The notes beneath the pieces are model-generated. The model ran no database searches and had not been told where the DNA came from. It worked only from the letters and a program-made list of their open reading frames with translations. A DNA stretch of 55,932 bases from Actinomycetota bacterium (GTDB lineage Bacteria; Actinomycetota; Humimicrobiia; Humimicrobiales; Humimicrobiaceae), in the NCBI GenBank assembly GCA_051744345.1, contig JBNJCW010000004.1, forward strand, positions 1-55,932, read 5' to 3'. The position numbers were made by a program, and so were the translations under genes. Each line of letters starts with the position of its first letter. Position 1 is the first letter of the stretch. Shown in pieces: positions 17,472 to 30,035 of this stretch.

Positions 17472-19976
17472 ATGGAAAACAAAAAATTAAACGCAGGCCT
17501 GGAGCATGTCTTTGACTGCCTGGATATATGGATTAGCGTCGCAGATAAAAATTTAAACATGGTTATATGGAACCGGAAAGCAGAAGAGCAAAGCGGTTAT
17601 CCCAGGCAGGCGGTGCTGGGGAGCCAAAAAGCGTGGGAGCTGCTTTATCCGGATAAAGATTACCGCAAAAAAGTAAAGGACAAACTATCCCTGGCCGCCG
17701 GAGGCAGGGGCCGGGAGAGTGTGGATACTGCTGCGGTAACCCGGAAAAATCTGCCCAAGCCGGTATCCTGGAGGCCTGTAAAGGTAGAAGGGAACCGCAC
17801 CCGGGGCATGTTTTTAGTGGGAACGGATATAACTGACAGAAAGGTCCTGAGGGCTTTAGCCGAAAGCGAGCAGAAGTTCAAGCTTTTTTCCGACCACCTT
17901 CCGGGTGCAGCGTATATCAAAACCACAGAAGGGCGCTATATTTTCTTTAATGAGTATTTCAGAAAAAATTTTGGCTGGGATACCTCCACTCTTCTGGGGA
18001 AGAATAATGAAGGAATATGGCCTCCGGACATTGCCGGGCAGCTGAAGGAAAATGACTCTGAAGTGCTTTCCAAAAACGAGGCTATGGTTTTTGAAGAGAC
18101 TGTAAAAATAGGCGGCAGAAAAAGGACATTTATAAGCTACAAGTTTCCCATTCCCTCCCCTCAGGGCACCATGCTGGGAGGCATATCCCTGGATATAACC
18201 GGCAGAAAGAGTATGGAAAGCCAGCTTGAAAAAAGCCGCAGAAAATATGAAGAAACCCTCAAGCTCCTTCCCGATATCATATTTGAAACTGATGCCGGAG
18301 GAAGGTTAACCTACCTGAACCGTGCGGGCAAAAATGTGCTGGGCAAAGATATTTCTGCAGGCACAGGGCTGCTGGATGTGGTGGCCGAAGGAGACAGGGC
18401 AAGGGTAGAGAAGGCCTTTCGGGCTATAACAGGGGGCAGGCAAAAAGAACCCCTCCTGCTTAAGTTCGAGGTTGTGGGCGCAGGCGGCAAAAGAATGCCG
18501 GCCGTAGGCCGTATTGGCGCCATTGAAAGCGGTGCAGGAGAAATTGAAGGAGCCAGGGGGGTTCTGGTGGATATAAGCGAGCTCAAGGAAAAGGAGCGGG
18601 ACCTGCAGGAGAGCGAGGAGAGGTACCGGAGCCTTTTTGATAATTCAAGGGACGGCATATACATCAGCACCATGGACGGCAGGTATGTGGACGCAAACCC
18701 GGCCCTGGTAAGAATGCTGGGATACGGCAGCAAGAAAGAGCTTGTCAGAAGGAATATATCCACAGATATATATGCAGATAGGAGCAAGAGGCCTTCTGCT
18801 GAAGAAAGGGAGAGGCCTTTTGAGGTAAGGCTGAGGAAAAAGGACGGCAAAACCATATGGGTGGAAATCAGTTCAAGGGTCATATACAAGGAGGGCAGGC
18901 CTGCTTACTATCAGGGCATTGTCAGGGATATTAGCGAAAGGAAAAGGTATGAGAGGCAGCTCCGCTACAAGTCATTCCATGACAGCCTTACCGGTCTGTA
19001 TAACCGCGCTTATTTTGAAGAAGAATTAAAAAGGCTGGATAATAAGAGGCAGCTTCCTTTAAGCATAATAGTTGGGGATGTCAACAGCCTGAAGCTGGTA
19101 AATGATGCTTTCGGGCACAGGGAAGGGGACAAGCTGCTTAAAAAGGCTGCCAACATACTCAAAAAAGCCTGCAGGAGTGAGGACATTGTAGCCAGGTGGG
19201 GAGGAGATGAGTTTACTATACTGCTTCCGAAGACCTCGGAGAAGGCGGCAGATGAAGCCATGGGAAGGATAAAGGAGAATGCCAGCCAATGCTTTATTGG
19301 TTATGTGCCCATAAGCATTTCAGTGGGCAGGGCAACCAAAAAAAGGGATGCTGAAGAGGTAAGGGAGGTCATAAGGGAAGCGGAGAATAATATGTACAGG
19401 CAAAAACTTCTGGAGAAAAAAGATGTATCCGGTTTGGTTCTCCAGTCACTTAAAAAAGCCTTGTTTAAAAAAAGCCGTTTCAACCGGGAACATGCCGCCA
19501 GGGTCAAAAACATGGCCATATCCCTGGGGCAGGCCTTGGGCCTTTCAGAGAGGAAGCTTGATGAGCTGGCCCTCCTGTCAACCTTTCATGATATAGGCAA
19601 GATATCCGTAGATGAGAATATTTTAAATAAACAGGGACCGCTTACAGGGGAGGAGTGGAAGCAGGTAAAGAGGCATTCTGAAATTGGATACAATATTGCC
19701 GAGTCTACCCCCCAGCTTTCATGTATCGCGGAGGCAATACTTGCCCATCATGAAAGGTGGGACGGTAAGGGATACCCGCAGGGGCTTGCCGGAGAGCAGA
19801 TACCGGTTTCTTCAAGGATACTTTCACTGGTTGATGCCTATGATGTGGTGCATAAGGGCTGCAGGTATAAAAAGAAGTTAAGCAAAGAGCAATCAATAGC
19901 TGAGATTGAGGCAAATTCAGGCACGCAGTTTGATCCTCATCTGGTAGAGATATTTGTAGAAATACTGGAGGAATAG
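17472..19976 (+). CDS. Multi-PAS diguanylate cyclase / HD-GYP phosphodiesterase
   Basis: Four PAS-like repeats, HDSLTGLYNR, RWGGDEF, FHDIGK and HHERWDGKGYP. Confidence 0.92.
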   Translation: MENKKLNAGLEHVFDCLDIWISVADKNLNMVIWNRKAEEQSGYPRQAVLGSQKAWELLYPDKDYRKKVKDKLSLAAGGRGRESVDTAAVTRKNLPKPVSWRPVKVEGNRTRGMFLVGTDITDRKVLRALAESEQKFKLFSDHLPGAAYIKTTEGRYIFFNEYFRKNFGWDTSTLLGKNNEGIWPPDIAGQLKENDSEVLSKNEAMVFEETVKIGGRKRTFISYKFPIPSPQGTMLGGISLDITGRKSMESQLEKSRRKYEETLKLLPDIIFETDAGGRLTYLNRAGKNVLGKDISAGTGLLDVVAEGDRARVEKAFRAITGGRQKEPLLLKFEVVGAGGKRMPAVGRIGAIESGAGEIEGARGVLVDISELKEKERDLQESEERYRSLFDNSRDGIYISTMDGRYVDANPALVRMLGYGSKKELVRRNISTDIYADRSKRPSAEERERPFEVRLRKKDGKTIWVEISSRVIYKEGRPAYYQGIVRDISERKRYERQLRYKSFHDSLTGLYNRAYFEEELKRLDNKRQLPLSIIVGDVNSLKLVNDAFGHREGDKLLKKAANILKKACRSEDIVARWGGDEFTILLPKTSEKAADEAMGRIKENASQCFIGYVPISISVGRATKKRDAEEVREVIREAENNMYRQKLLEKKDVSGLVLQSLKKALFKKSRFNREHAARVKNMAISLGQALGLSERKLDELALLSTFHDIGKISVDENILNKQGPLTGEEWKQVKRHSEIGYNIAESTPQLSCIAEAILAHHERWDGKGYPQGLAGEQIPVSSRILSLVDAYDVVHKGCRYKKKLSKEQSIAEIEANSGTQFDPHLVEIFVEILEE

Positions 19977-20023
19977 ATTGTAATTTGTTTTATTTATATC
20001 GATTTTAGCATTATAATTTTATC

Positions 20024-20905
20024 ATGATATTCAGGAAGAAAAAAATTGGGCTGGCTCTTTGCGGCGGTGCGGCCAGGGCGCTGTCCCATATAGGGGTGCT
20101 GAAGGTTCTGGATGAGCTGGGGGTAAAAATAGACGCTGTAAGCGGAACCAGCATGGGAGCAATCGTGGGCTCTTTTTACTGTTCCGGGGTGCCTTTGGAA
20201 GAGATTGAAGATTATGTCAACAGTATGGACTGGCGGAGCATCAGGATGTTCTCGGATATCACCCTCACCAAAATGGGGATAATAAATGGGAGGAAAGTGG
20301 AAAAAATCCTCAGCGGCTTTTTAAAAGGTAAAACATTTGAGCAATGCTGCCCCCAGTTCTGCTGTGTGGCTGTGGACATGTTAAAACAGGAGAGGGTGGT
20401 GCTAAGCTCGGGCAGCCTGGTGGATGCGGTAAGGGCTTCAATATCCATACCGGGGCTCTTTTCGCCGGTTACCCTGGATGATATGATACTGGTGGACGGG
20501 GGGGTCATTGAGCCTCTGCCTACCGAAGCTTTAAAAGATATATTTGATGTCGACATTATAATTGCGGTTGCTATTTCCACCTCCAGGCACAGGGATTTAA
20601 CCGATTACTACCAAAAAATCTCCAATATAGAAGAGGGTAACCGGTTCCTGGTTGCTTTAAAGAAGGCATTTGTAAGGCCCAGGACAAGGAAACATCCCCA
20701 TACATATGAAATACTTAATACCAGTTTCAATATAATACAGCGTGAATTGACCAGAAAATACTGCCAGCATGCGGATATAATAATTGAGCCGCAGGTAGGA
20801 GACTACGGCTTCTTTGAGTTTACCAAGGGCAGGGAGATAATGGAGAAGGGCCTGGCAGCTGCCCGGGAGAAAATCCCTGAAATTAAGAAAAAGCTCAATG
20901 TTTAG
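20024..20905 (+). CDS. Patatin-like phospholipase (RssA/NTE-like)
   Basis: LCGGAARALSHIGVL, GTSMG nucleophile motif and DGG motif. Confidence 0.92.
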   Translation: MIFRKKKIGLALCGGAARALSHIGVLKVLDELGVKIDAVSGTSMGAIVGSFYCSGVPLEEIEDYVNSMDWRSIRMFSDITLTKMGIINGRKVEKILSGFLKGKTFEQCCPQFCCVAVDMLKQERVVLSSGSLVDAVRASISIPGLFSPVTLDDMILVDGGVIEPLPTEALKDIFDVDIIIAVAISTSRHRDLTDYYQKISNIEEGNRFLVALKKAFVRPRTRKHPHTYEILNTSFNIIQRELTRKYCQHADIIIEPQVGDYGFFEFTKGREIMEKGLAAAREKIPEIKKKLNV

Positions 20906-21767
20906 GCAATTCAAACTCCATGGAAAAATCAGCCGCAGGGGCTGAATGGGTTATATAGCCGGTGGATATAAGGTCAATACCTGTCTGGCAGTACTCTTTC
21001 AGGTTGCCAAGGGTGATGTTCCCTGATACCTCTATGAGCGTTTCCTTCTTTGCCTTGCCCTTTATTTCCTTAACCGCTTCTCTTATCCGGCCGGGATCCA
21101 TATTATCCAGCATTATGATGTCTGCTTCTGCCTTAATGGCCTCTTTCAGCTGTTTGGCATCCTGGACCTCTACCTCTATCTTCAGGGTATGGGGGATTTT
21201 TGCTTTTATATTCCCTATCGCTTTGGCTATGCCCCCGGCTGCCCTTATGTGGTTGTCTTTTAGCATTACCCCGTCAAAAAGGCCGAAGCGATGATTGAAT
21301 CCGCCCCCTGTGCTTACTGCATACTTTTCAATGCTTCTCAATGTTGGCTTGGTCTTTCTGGTATCTGTAATTTTTACCCCCTGGGGGGAAGCTATTGAAC
21401 AAAATTTCCGGGTAAGGGTTGAGATTCCCGAAAGGTGCTGTATAAAATTCAGCGCAGACCGCTCTGCAGCCAGAAGGGAAGCGGTGGGTCCCTCGAGGTT
21501 GGCTGCTTTCTGCATGTTTTCGATTTTCTGGCCGTCCTCTTTTATCTTTTCCACCTCTATATCCCCATCAACCTGCATGAAGAGGCAGGCAGCTATATCC
21601 ATGCCGCAGAGGATAGCGCCTTCCTTTTGCTTGCATACAATATATGCAGTGCTCCTGTGGCCTGGAGGAAGCAGGTACCTGGTGGTTATGTCCCCAAAGC
21701 CCTGCAAGTCTTCAGAGAGGGTGCGCTTTATTAGTTCCATTACCTCATTTTTGGGTATTATTTCCAT
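20895..21767 (-). CDS. nadC: Nicotinate-nucleotide diphosphorylase (carboxylating)
   Basis: EDL..GDITT, TRKTKP, NHRFGLFD.VMLKDNH, IEVEV and IMLDNM motifs. Confidence 0.96.
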   Translation of the reverse strand: MEIIPKNEVMELIKRTLSEDLQGFGDITTRYLLPPGHRSTAYIVCKQKEGAILCGMDIAACLFMQVDGDIEVEKIKEDGQKIENMQKAANLEGPTASLLAAERSALNFIQHLSGISTLTRKFCSIASPQGVKITDTRKTKPTLRSIEKYAVSTGGGFNHRFGLFDGVMLKDNHIRAAGGIAKAIGNIKAKIPHTLKIEVEVQDAKQLKEAIKAEADIIMLDNMDPGRIREAVKEIKGKAKKETLIEVSGNITLGNLKEYCQTGIDLISTGYITHSAPAADFSMEFELPKH

Positions 21768-23412
21768 CTCCTACCTCCTGGAATGTAATTTTATCTTTTT
21801 GAAGCAGTATATGTTTTTTCCAGTTTTTATCATCTGTGTCCGGAAAGTCATTCCTCTGGTGGGTTCCCCTGCTTTCTTTCCTAAGTGAAGCAGCTTTAAT
21901 TATCAGGGAAGAAACGGTGAGCATATTGGCCAGCTCAACCTTCCTTTTGTCCGGCTGGTTGTAAAGATTATGGCTGGTTAAATGGTTTTTAACAAAATAG
22001 GCTGCCTCTTTTAAGCCCTGGCCGTCTCTGGAGATGCCTGCCTTCTCACTCATGGTTTTCCTCAGTGTGGTTATAGGGGTCTCGGTATCTTCTTCTTTTG
22101 CTTTCTTAAGGCTGGGGTTGCAGCCTGGGCCAAGGGCGTTTTCTATCTGGCCTTCTATTTTCCTGTCTGCTTTTTTACCCTGATTTAATTTCCTGTTAAT
22201 CTGCCTGTAGATATTCCATCCGTATACCAGCCCTTCTATCAGTGAATTTGAGGCTAAGCGGTTTGCTCCGTGGGCACCCGTTGCAGAAACTTCCCCGCAT
22301 GAATAGAGGCCCTCAATGGTGGTAAGGCCTTCATAGTCTGTTTTTATGCCTCCATTCATGTAATGGGCTGCAGGGGATACCTTGATAAGGTCCCTGGTGA
22401 GGTTCAGGCCGTTTTCCTTCAGTTTGAAAAATATATTGGGAAACCTCACCTTGAGCATGCTGGGCGGCAGATGGGTGGCATCTATATAGACAAAATTGCA
22501 TTTTGTCTCTTTCATTACCTTTACCATTTCCTTTACCACTATATCCCTGGGAGCAAGCTCGGCCCTGGGGTGGGCATCTTCCATAAAGCGGTTACCCTTG
22601 CAGTCCCTCAAGTAAGCCCCTTCGCCCCTTAATGCTTCGCTTATTAAAAAAAGACTGCCGTCTTTGGTCCTAAAAACGGTGGGGTGAAACTGGATAAATT
22701 CTATATCCATTATGGCTGCTCCGGCGCGGTAGGCCATGGCCACCCCGTCCCCGGTGGAGATATCGGGATTGGTGGTAAGCTCATAAATCTGGCCTATCCC
22801 CCCGCTGGCAAGAACCGTATATGAGCAAGGGTGTATCTCCATCCGGCCGGTTGCCAGGTTAAGGCCGGTTATACCTATGCACCTGTTATTGAAGGTGAGT
22901 ATATCCAGGACAAAGTAATTGGGAAAAAATTGGATTCCTTTCAGGGTCCGGGAGTGCTTAACCAGCTTCTTTTCTATTTCCTCTCCGGTAGCATCGCCGC
23001 CGGCATGAAGTACGCGGGGATAACTGTGCCCCCCTTCGGTGGTGAGGCTGATCTCACCTCCGGATATATCAAAATTTATCCCCAGCTCTATAAGTTTTTC
23101 AATCATCCTGGGGGCATTTTTTACCAGTATCTCTACTGCCTTGGGGTCACAGAGGCCCTGGCCGGCAACCATGGTATCCTGGTAATGGTTTTTCCAGAAG
23201 TCCGGTTTTTTTATTGCTGCTGCTATGCCGCCCTGTGCATACCAGGTGGTCGATTCCCTGAGGGAGCTCTTGGTAAGCACCTTTATCCGGTGCCGGCGGG
23301 AAAGCCTTATGGCGGTTGAGAGGCCTGCAATTCCGCTGCCTATTATGATGCAGTCACACGGCTCTGCAATTTTTATGCTTCTGCTGGGGGCTATAACATA
23401 TCTTGGTACCAT
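21745..23412 (-). CDS. nadB: L-aspartate oxidase
   Basis: IIGSGIAGL FAD motif, AQGGIAAA, EGGHS, QFHPT, HYMNGG and HGANRLASNSL. Confidence 0.95.
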   Translation of the reverse strand: MVPRYVIAPSRSIKIAEPCDCIIIGSGIAGLSTAIRLSRRHRIKVLTKSSLRESTTWYAQGGIAAAIKKPDFWKNHYQDTMVAGQGLCDPKAVEILVKNAPRMIEKLIELGINFDISGGEISLTTEGGHSYPRVLHAGGDATGEEIEKKLVKHSRTLKGIQFFPNYFVLDILTFNNRCIGITGLNLATGRMEIHPCSYTVLASGGIGQIYELTTNPDISTGDGVAMAYRAGAAIMDIEFIQFHPTVFRTKDGSLFLISEALRGEGAYLRDCKGNRFMEDAHPRAELAPRDIVVKEMVKVMKETKCNFVYIDATHLPPSMLKVRFPNIFFKLKENGLNLTRDLIKVSPAAHYMNGGIKTDYEGLTTIEGLYSCGEVSATGAHGANRLASNSLIEGLVYGWNIYRQINRKLNQGKKADRKIEGQIENALGPGCNPSLKKAKEEDTETPITTLRKTMSEKAGISRDGQGLKEAAYFVKNHLTSHNLYNQPDKRKVELANMLTVSSLIIKAASLRKESRGTHQRNDFPDTDDKNWKKHILLQKDKITFQEVGDGNNTQK

Positions 23413-24326
23413 TATTTTACTGCCAGCATCCTGTCAATAGCTTTTCTGGCCCTGTCCATTATTTCCTTGTCCAGAACAATTTTGTACTGCTGCTCTTCAA
23501 GGGACCAGAGGATTTTTTCCAGGTTGGTCCGCTTCATATTAGGGCAGATGCTTCTGGAGGATGCGGGATAGAATATTTTTTGGGGGTTCTCTTTTTTGAG
23601 CCGGTGTATGATTCCGGTTTCGGTGCCAATGATAAACTCTTTCCTGCTGGATTTTTTAACATAATCCAGTATTCCGCCTGTGCTGGCTACCTTGTCTGCT
23701 ACCTCGATAACATCCGGCGGAGATTCGGGATGGACAATTACCACTGCATCCAGATGCTCCCTTTTAAGTTTCAGGATTTGTTTTGCGCTGATTACCACAT
23801 GGGTCGGGCAGTAACCGTTCCACAGTATCATTTCCCTTCCTGTCCGGGACTGCACATAGCTTCCCAGATACTTGTCGGGTATAAAAATTATCTTCTTGTC
23901 CTGGAGGATGGTCTTTACTATTTTTTCTGCATTGGAGGAAGTGCAGCATATATCGCTTAATGCCTTTACCTCGGCGGTTGAATTTACATAGCAAACCACT
24001 ACCGCATCAGGGTACTTCTGCTTGAGCTCCTTAAGCTGGTCTGCATTTATCATATCCGCCATGGGGCATCCGCTGGATTTATCGGGAAGGAGCACCATTT
24101 TCTGGGGGGAGAGTATCTTGGCAGTTTCGGCCATAAAGTTTACCCCGCAGAATACAATTATGTCTTTTTCGGTACGGGAAGCCTGTATGCTGAGCTGCAG
24201 GGAATCTCCCACAAAGTCTGCTATATCCTGCACCTCGCCTATCTGGTAGTTGTGGGCAAGTATTACTGCGTTCTTTTTTTGTTTTAGCCTGGTTATCCTG
24301 GTGGATAACTCTAATTCATTATTCAC
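23412..24326 (-). CDS. nadA: Quinolinate synthase
   Basis: ILAHNYQ, GDSL, VFCGVNFMAETAKIL, GCPMAD, YVNS, HPES and CPNMK. Confidence 0.96.
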   Translation of the reverse strand: MNNELELSTRITRLKQKKNAVILAHNYQIGEVQDIADFVGDSLQLSIQASRTEKDIIVFCGVNFMAETAKILSPQKMVLLPDKSSGCPMADMINADQLKELKQKYPDAVVVCYVNSTAEVKALSDICCTSSNAEKIVKTILQDKKIIFIPDKYLGSYVQSRTGREMILWNGYCPTHVVISAKQILKLKREHLDAVVIVHPESPPDVIEVADKVASTGGILDYVKKSSRKEFIIGTETGIIHRLKKENPQKIFYPASSRSICPNMKRTNLEKILWSLEEQQYKIVLDKEIMDRARKAIDRMLAVK

Positions 24327-24472
24327 AATTTAAAATAAATAAGTGTAAATAGTATTAGTTATTTTAAACTAACCGGGACAAAATTTAAATAAGGTAATTG
24401 GCTCCCCGGCTATCTTTTTTAAAATTTTACCATAAATAGGAGGTGTTGACAGCTTTTATCCGCTTTTGCCTC

Positions 24473-24500
24473 TTGACATAAGAATTAACCCCTTTATAAT
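24473..24500 (+). promoter_or_regulatory. Sigma70-type promoter of the rrf2-metY operon
   Basis: TTGACA (24473-24478), 16 bp spacer, TATAAT (24495-24500). A second TTGACA lies at 24446-24451. Confidence 0.65.
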
Positions 24501-24545
24501 TCCTAGCAATACTATTAATACTATAAGAATAATAGGTTTATTGCA

Positions 24546-24992
24546 ATGATAAGAATAACCACCAAGGGAAGGTACGGCACAAGGCTGATGCTTGAGTTGG
24601 CGCTAAATTACGGAAAAGGCCTCACCTTACTCAAGGATATTGCCCGGAGGCAGTCAATATCCGAAGGGTACCTGGAACAGATAATCCCCAGCCTCAAGGC
24701 GGCAGGCCTGGTAAAATCCTACAGGGGCGCTTACGGGGGATACAAGCTGGCCAGGAAGCCTTCCGGGATAAGCATGAGGGAGATAATTACTGCCCTGGAG
24801 GGCCCTTTAAGCCTGGTGGACTGTGTGAGCCAGCCCCGGGCATGCGATAAGACCGGCGCCTGCGCTGTGAGGGAGCTGTGGTGTGATATGAGTGAAAAAA
24901 TCACAGCAGCGCTTGATTCTGAAAACCTGGAAAGTTTAGCCAAAAAGCACAGGAGCAAGCAGAAAAGCCAGCCCTCGATGTACCATATATAG
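24546..24992 (+). CDS. Rrf2-family transcriptional regulator (IscR/CymR-like, three Cys)
   Basis: TTKGRYG, YLEQI..L..AGLV.S.RGAYGGY.LA, and C-X6-C-X5-C. Confidence 0.93.
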   Translation: MIRITTKGRYGTRLMLELALNYGKGLTLLKDIARRQSISEGYLEQIIPSLKAAGLVKSYRGAYGGYKLARKPSGISMREIITALEGPLSLVDCVSQPRACDKTGACAVRELWCDMSEKITAALDSENLESLAKKHRSKQKSQPSMYHI

Positions 24993-25027
24993 CCCCTTAT
25001 TTTTCCAGCATAGCTGGAGATTTTTAA

Positions 25028-27506
<2,479 letters not shown>

Positions 27507-27510
<4 letters not shown>

Positions 27511-28886
27511 GGCAGGATATGGGAAAAGAATTTAATAATGTGCTGGAGGCGATTGGGAAAACCCCGCTGGTTAAGCTTAACAGGATAAGCAGGGGAATAA
27601 AATCAACCATATACGTTAAGCTTGAATGCCTTAATCCCGGCGGCAGCGTAAAAGACAGGATAGGGCTTTCCATGATAGAAGCGGCGGAAAAAGACGGCTC
27701 TCTGAAGCCGGGAGGCACTATTGTGGAGGCTACAGCAGGCAATACGGGGGTTGGCCTGGCCATGGCGGCAGCCATTAAAGGCTACCGCACTATTTTTGTT
27801 ATGCCGGATAAGATGAGTGCCGACAAGATCAGCCTGCTTAAAAGTTATGGGGCAGAGGTGGTCATTGTCCCCACCTCGGTTTCCCCGGATTCACCGGACA
27901 GCTATAACGGGGTGGCTGACAGGCTGGCCAAAGAGCTTCCCGGGGCCTACCGGCCCAACCAGTTTGAAAACCCTAACAATCCCCATGCCCATTACCTTAC
28001 AACCGGCCCGGAAATCTGGGAGGATTCCGGCGGAAGGGTTGAAGTTTTTGTGGCCGGCATGGGAACAGGGGGAACCATTTCCGGGGTGTCCCGTTACTTG
28101 AAGGAAAAGAATCCGGATATAGAAATAGTGGGGGCGGATCCCGAAGGTTCCATCCTGTCCGGGGATAGCCCCAAATCTTATATGGTGGAGGGGATAGGGG
28201 AAGATTTTATACCCAAGACCTTCAACCGCCAGGTGGTGGACCATATGGTCAGGGTAAGCGATAAGCAATCCTTTAATACCGCCCGGCGGCTGGCCCGGGA
28301 GGAGGGGCTGCTGGTAGGGGGGTCATCGGGCACGGCAGCGGCCGCTGCCCTAAAGTTTGCCCAGAGGCTTAAAACCCCCCGCTATATTGTGGTTTTGCTG
28401 CCCGATACGGGCAGAAACTACCTGACCAGGATATTTTCCGATGAGTGGATGCAGGAGAAAGGTTTCTGGGAAGAGGGAGAAGTAAGGGTAACCAGGCTGG
28501 GGGAGGTTGTGGACCAGAAGAATTTCCAGGCCATAATCGGGGTTAGCCCGGAGGATATGGCGGCTTCCGCGGTAGGGCTGATGCAAAAACACAATATATC
28601 CCAGCTTCCGGTTATAGACCGGGACAGGGTAGCCGGGAGCCTCGATGAGGCTTCTTTGATGAAGCTTCTCCATGACGGCATGGATTTTTCCCATACACCT
28701 GTTTCTGCGGTTATGGGAAGCCCTTTGCCTACCCTGGACCAGGATGTTGATATGCTGGAGGCTTACCGGATTCTCCTATCCGGTACCACCGCTATCATAG
28801 CTTTAAAAAACGGGGTTCCGGCAGGGGTGATCACCAGGGCGGATTTGATAAATTTCTGGTCCAATAGGAGGAAAGATGAAATTTGA
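27507..28886 (+). CDS. cbs: Cystathionine beta-synthase with C-terminal CBS domain pair
   Basis: KLECLNPGGSVKDR (PLP Lys), EATAGNTG, GMGTGGT, and C-terminal CBS repeats (ISQLPV, GVITRAD). Probable start is ATG 27519. Confidence 0.9.
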
Positions 28887-30012
28887 AACCAAAGCTATAC
28901 ATGAGGGACAGCAGCCTGATCCCGGGACGGGCGCAGTTATCCCTCCTGTATATCAGACTTCCACCTACCGCCAGGATGCAGTCGGCAGGCACAAAGGCTA
29001 TGAATACTCCCGCACCGATAATCCCACCAGGGATGCCCTGCAGAAGGTGCTTGCTTCCCTGGAGGGAGCCGAATACGGGCTTGCTTTCTCTTCGGGGGTG
29101 GCGGCTACCACTGCTGTTTTCAGCCTGCTTGGCCCCGGAGACCATGTGGTGGTGGGGGATGATATCTATGGGGGAACATACCGGCTGATAGAAAAGGTGT
29201 TTGTGCCCTGGGGCCTTAAGGTAAGCTATGCAAATCCGGATGCCGCCGGAAGCTTTGAGGATTTGGCCCGAAAGGATACTAAACTAATCTGGGTAGAGAC
29301 CCCTACCAACCCACTTCTGAAGGTGATTGACCTGGAGAGGCTGTCAGCCCTTTGCAGGAAAAAGAAAATCATTCTGGCCGTGGATAATACCTTTGCCACC
29401 CCTTATTTTCAAAAACCCCTGGATTTCGGGGCAGATATTGTGGTGCACAGCACCACCAAGTACCTCTCCGGGCACAGCGATATTATAGGGGGCGGGGCAG
29501 TGACCGGCAGCAAGGAAATACACAGCCGCATGAAATTTTACCAGAATGCAGCGGGAGCGGTTCCCGGCCCCTGGGATTGCTGGCTGGCAATCAGGGGTAT
29601 AAAGACGCTGGCGGTAAGGATGAGAGAGCATGAAAGAAACACCCTGTACCTGGCCCATTATTTGAAAAGCCATCCCCGGGTGGAAAAAATACACTACCCC
29701 GGATTACCGGACAGCAGATACCATGGCATTGCCTGCAGGCAGATGGAGGGTTTTGGAGCAATGATAAGCCTTGAGCTTAAGGGAGGGTATCCGGCGGTAG
29801 AGAGATTCCTTTCAAAACTTAAGCTGTTCCTGCTGGCAGAAAGCCTGGGTGGAGTAGAGTCCCTGGTATGCTATCCTCCCCGGATGACCCATGCCTCTTT
29901 TTCTGAAGAGCAGAGAAGACAGAGGCAGATAAATAATAACCTGGTAAGGCTCTCTGTGGGTATTGAAAACAGGACAGATCTCAAAGCTGACCTGCAGCAG
30001 GCTTTAAGTTAG
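28876..30012 (+). CDS. Cystathionine gamma-lyase / gamma-synthase
   Basis: YEYSRTDNPTR, ETPTNP, VDNTF, HSTTKYLSGHSD and AESLGGVESL. Confidence 0.92.
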   Translation: MKFETKAIHEGQQPDPGTGAVIPPVYQTSTYRQDAVGRHKGYEYSRTDNPTRDALQKVLASLEGAEYGLAFSSGVAATTAVFSLLGPGDHVVVGDDIYGGTYRLIEKVFVPWGLKVSYANPDAAGSFEDLARKDTKLIWVETPTNPLLKVIDLERLSALCRKKKIILAVDNTFATPYFQKPLDFGADIVVHSTTKYLSGHSDIIGGGAVTGSKEIHSRMKFYQNAAGAVPGPWDCWLAIRGIKTLAVRMREHERNTLYLAHYLKSHPRVEKIHYPGLPDSRYHGIACRQMEGFGAMISLELKGGYPAVERFLSKLKLFLLAESLGGVESLVCYPPRMTHASFSEEQRRQRQINNNLVRLSVGIENRTDLKADLQQALS

Positions 30013-30035
30013 CAATGACAATGGAGGTGACTGGT

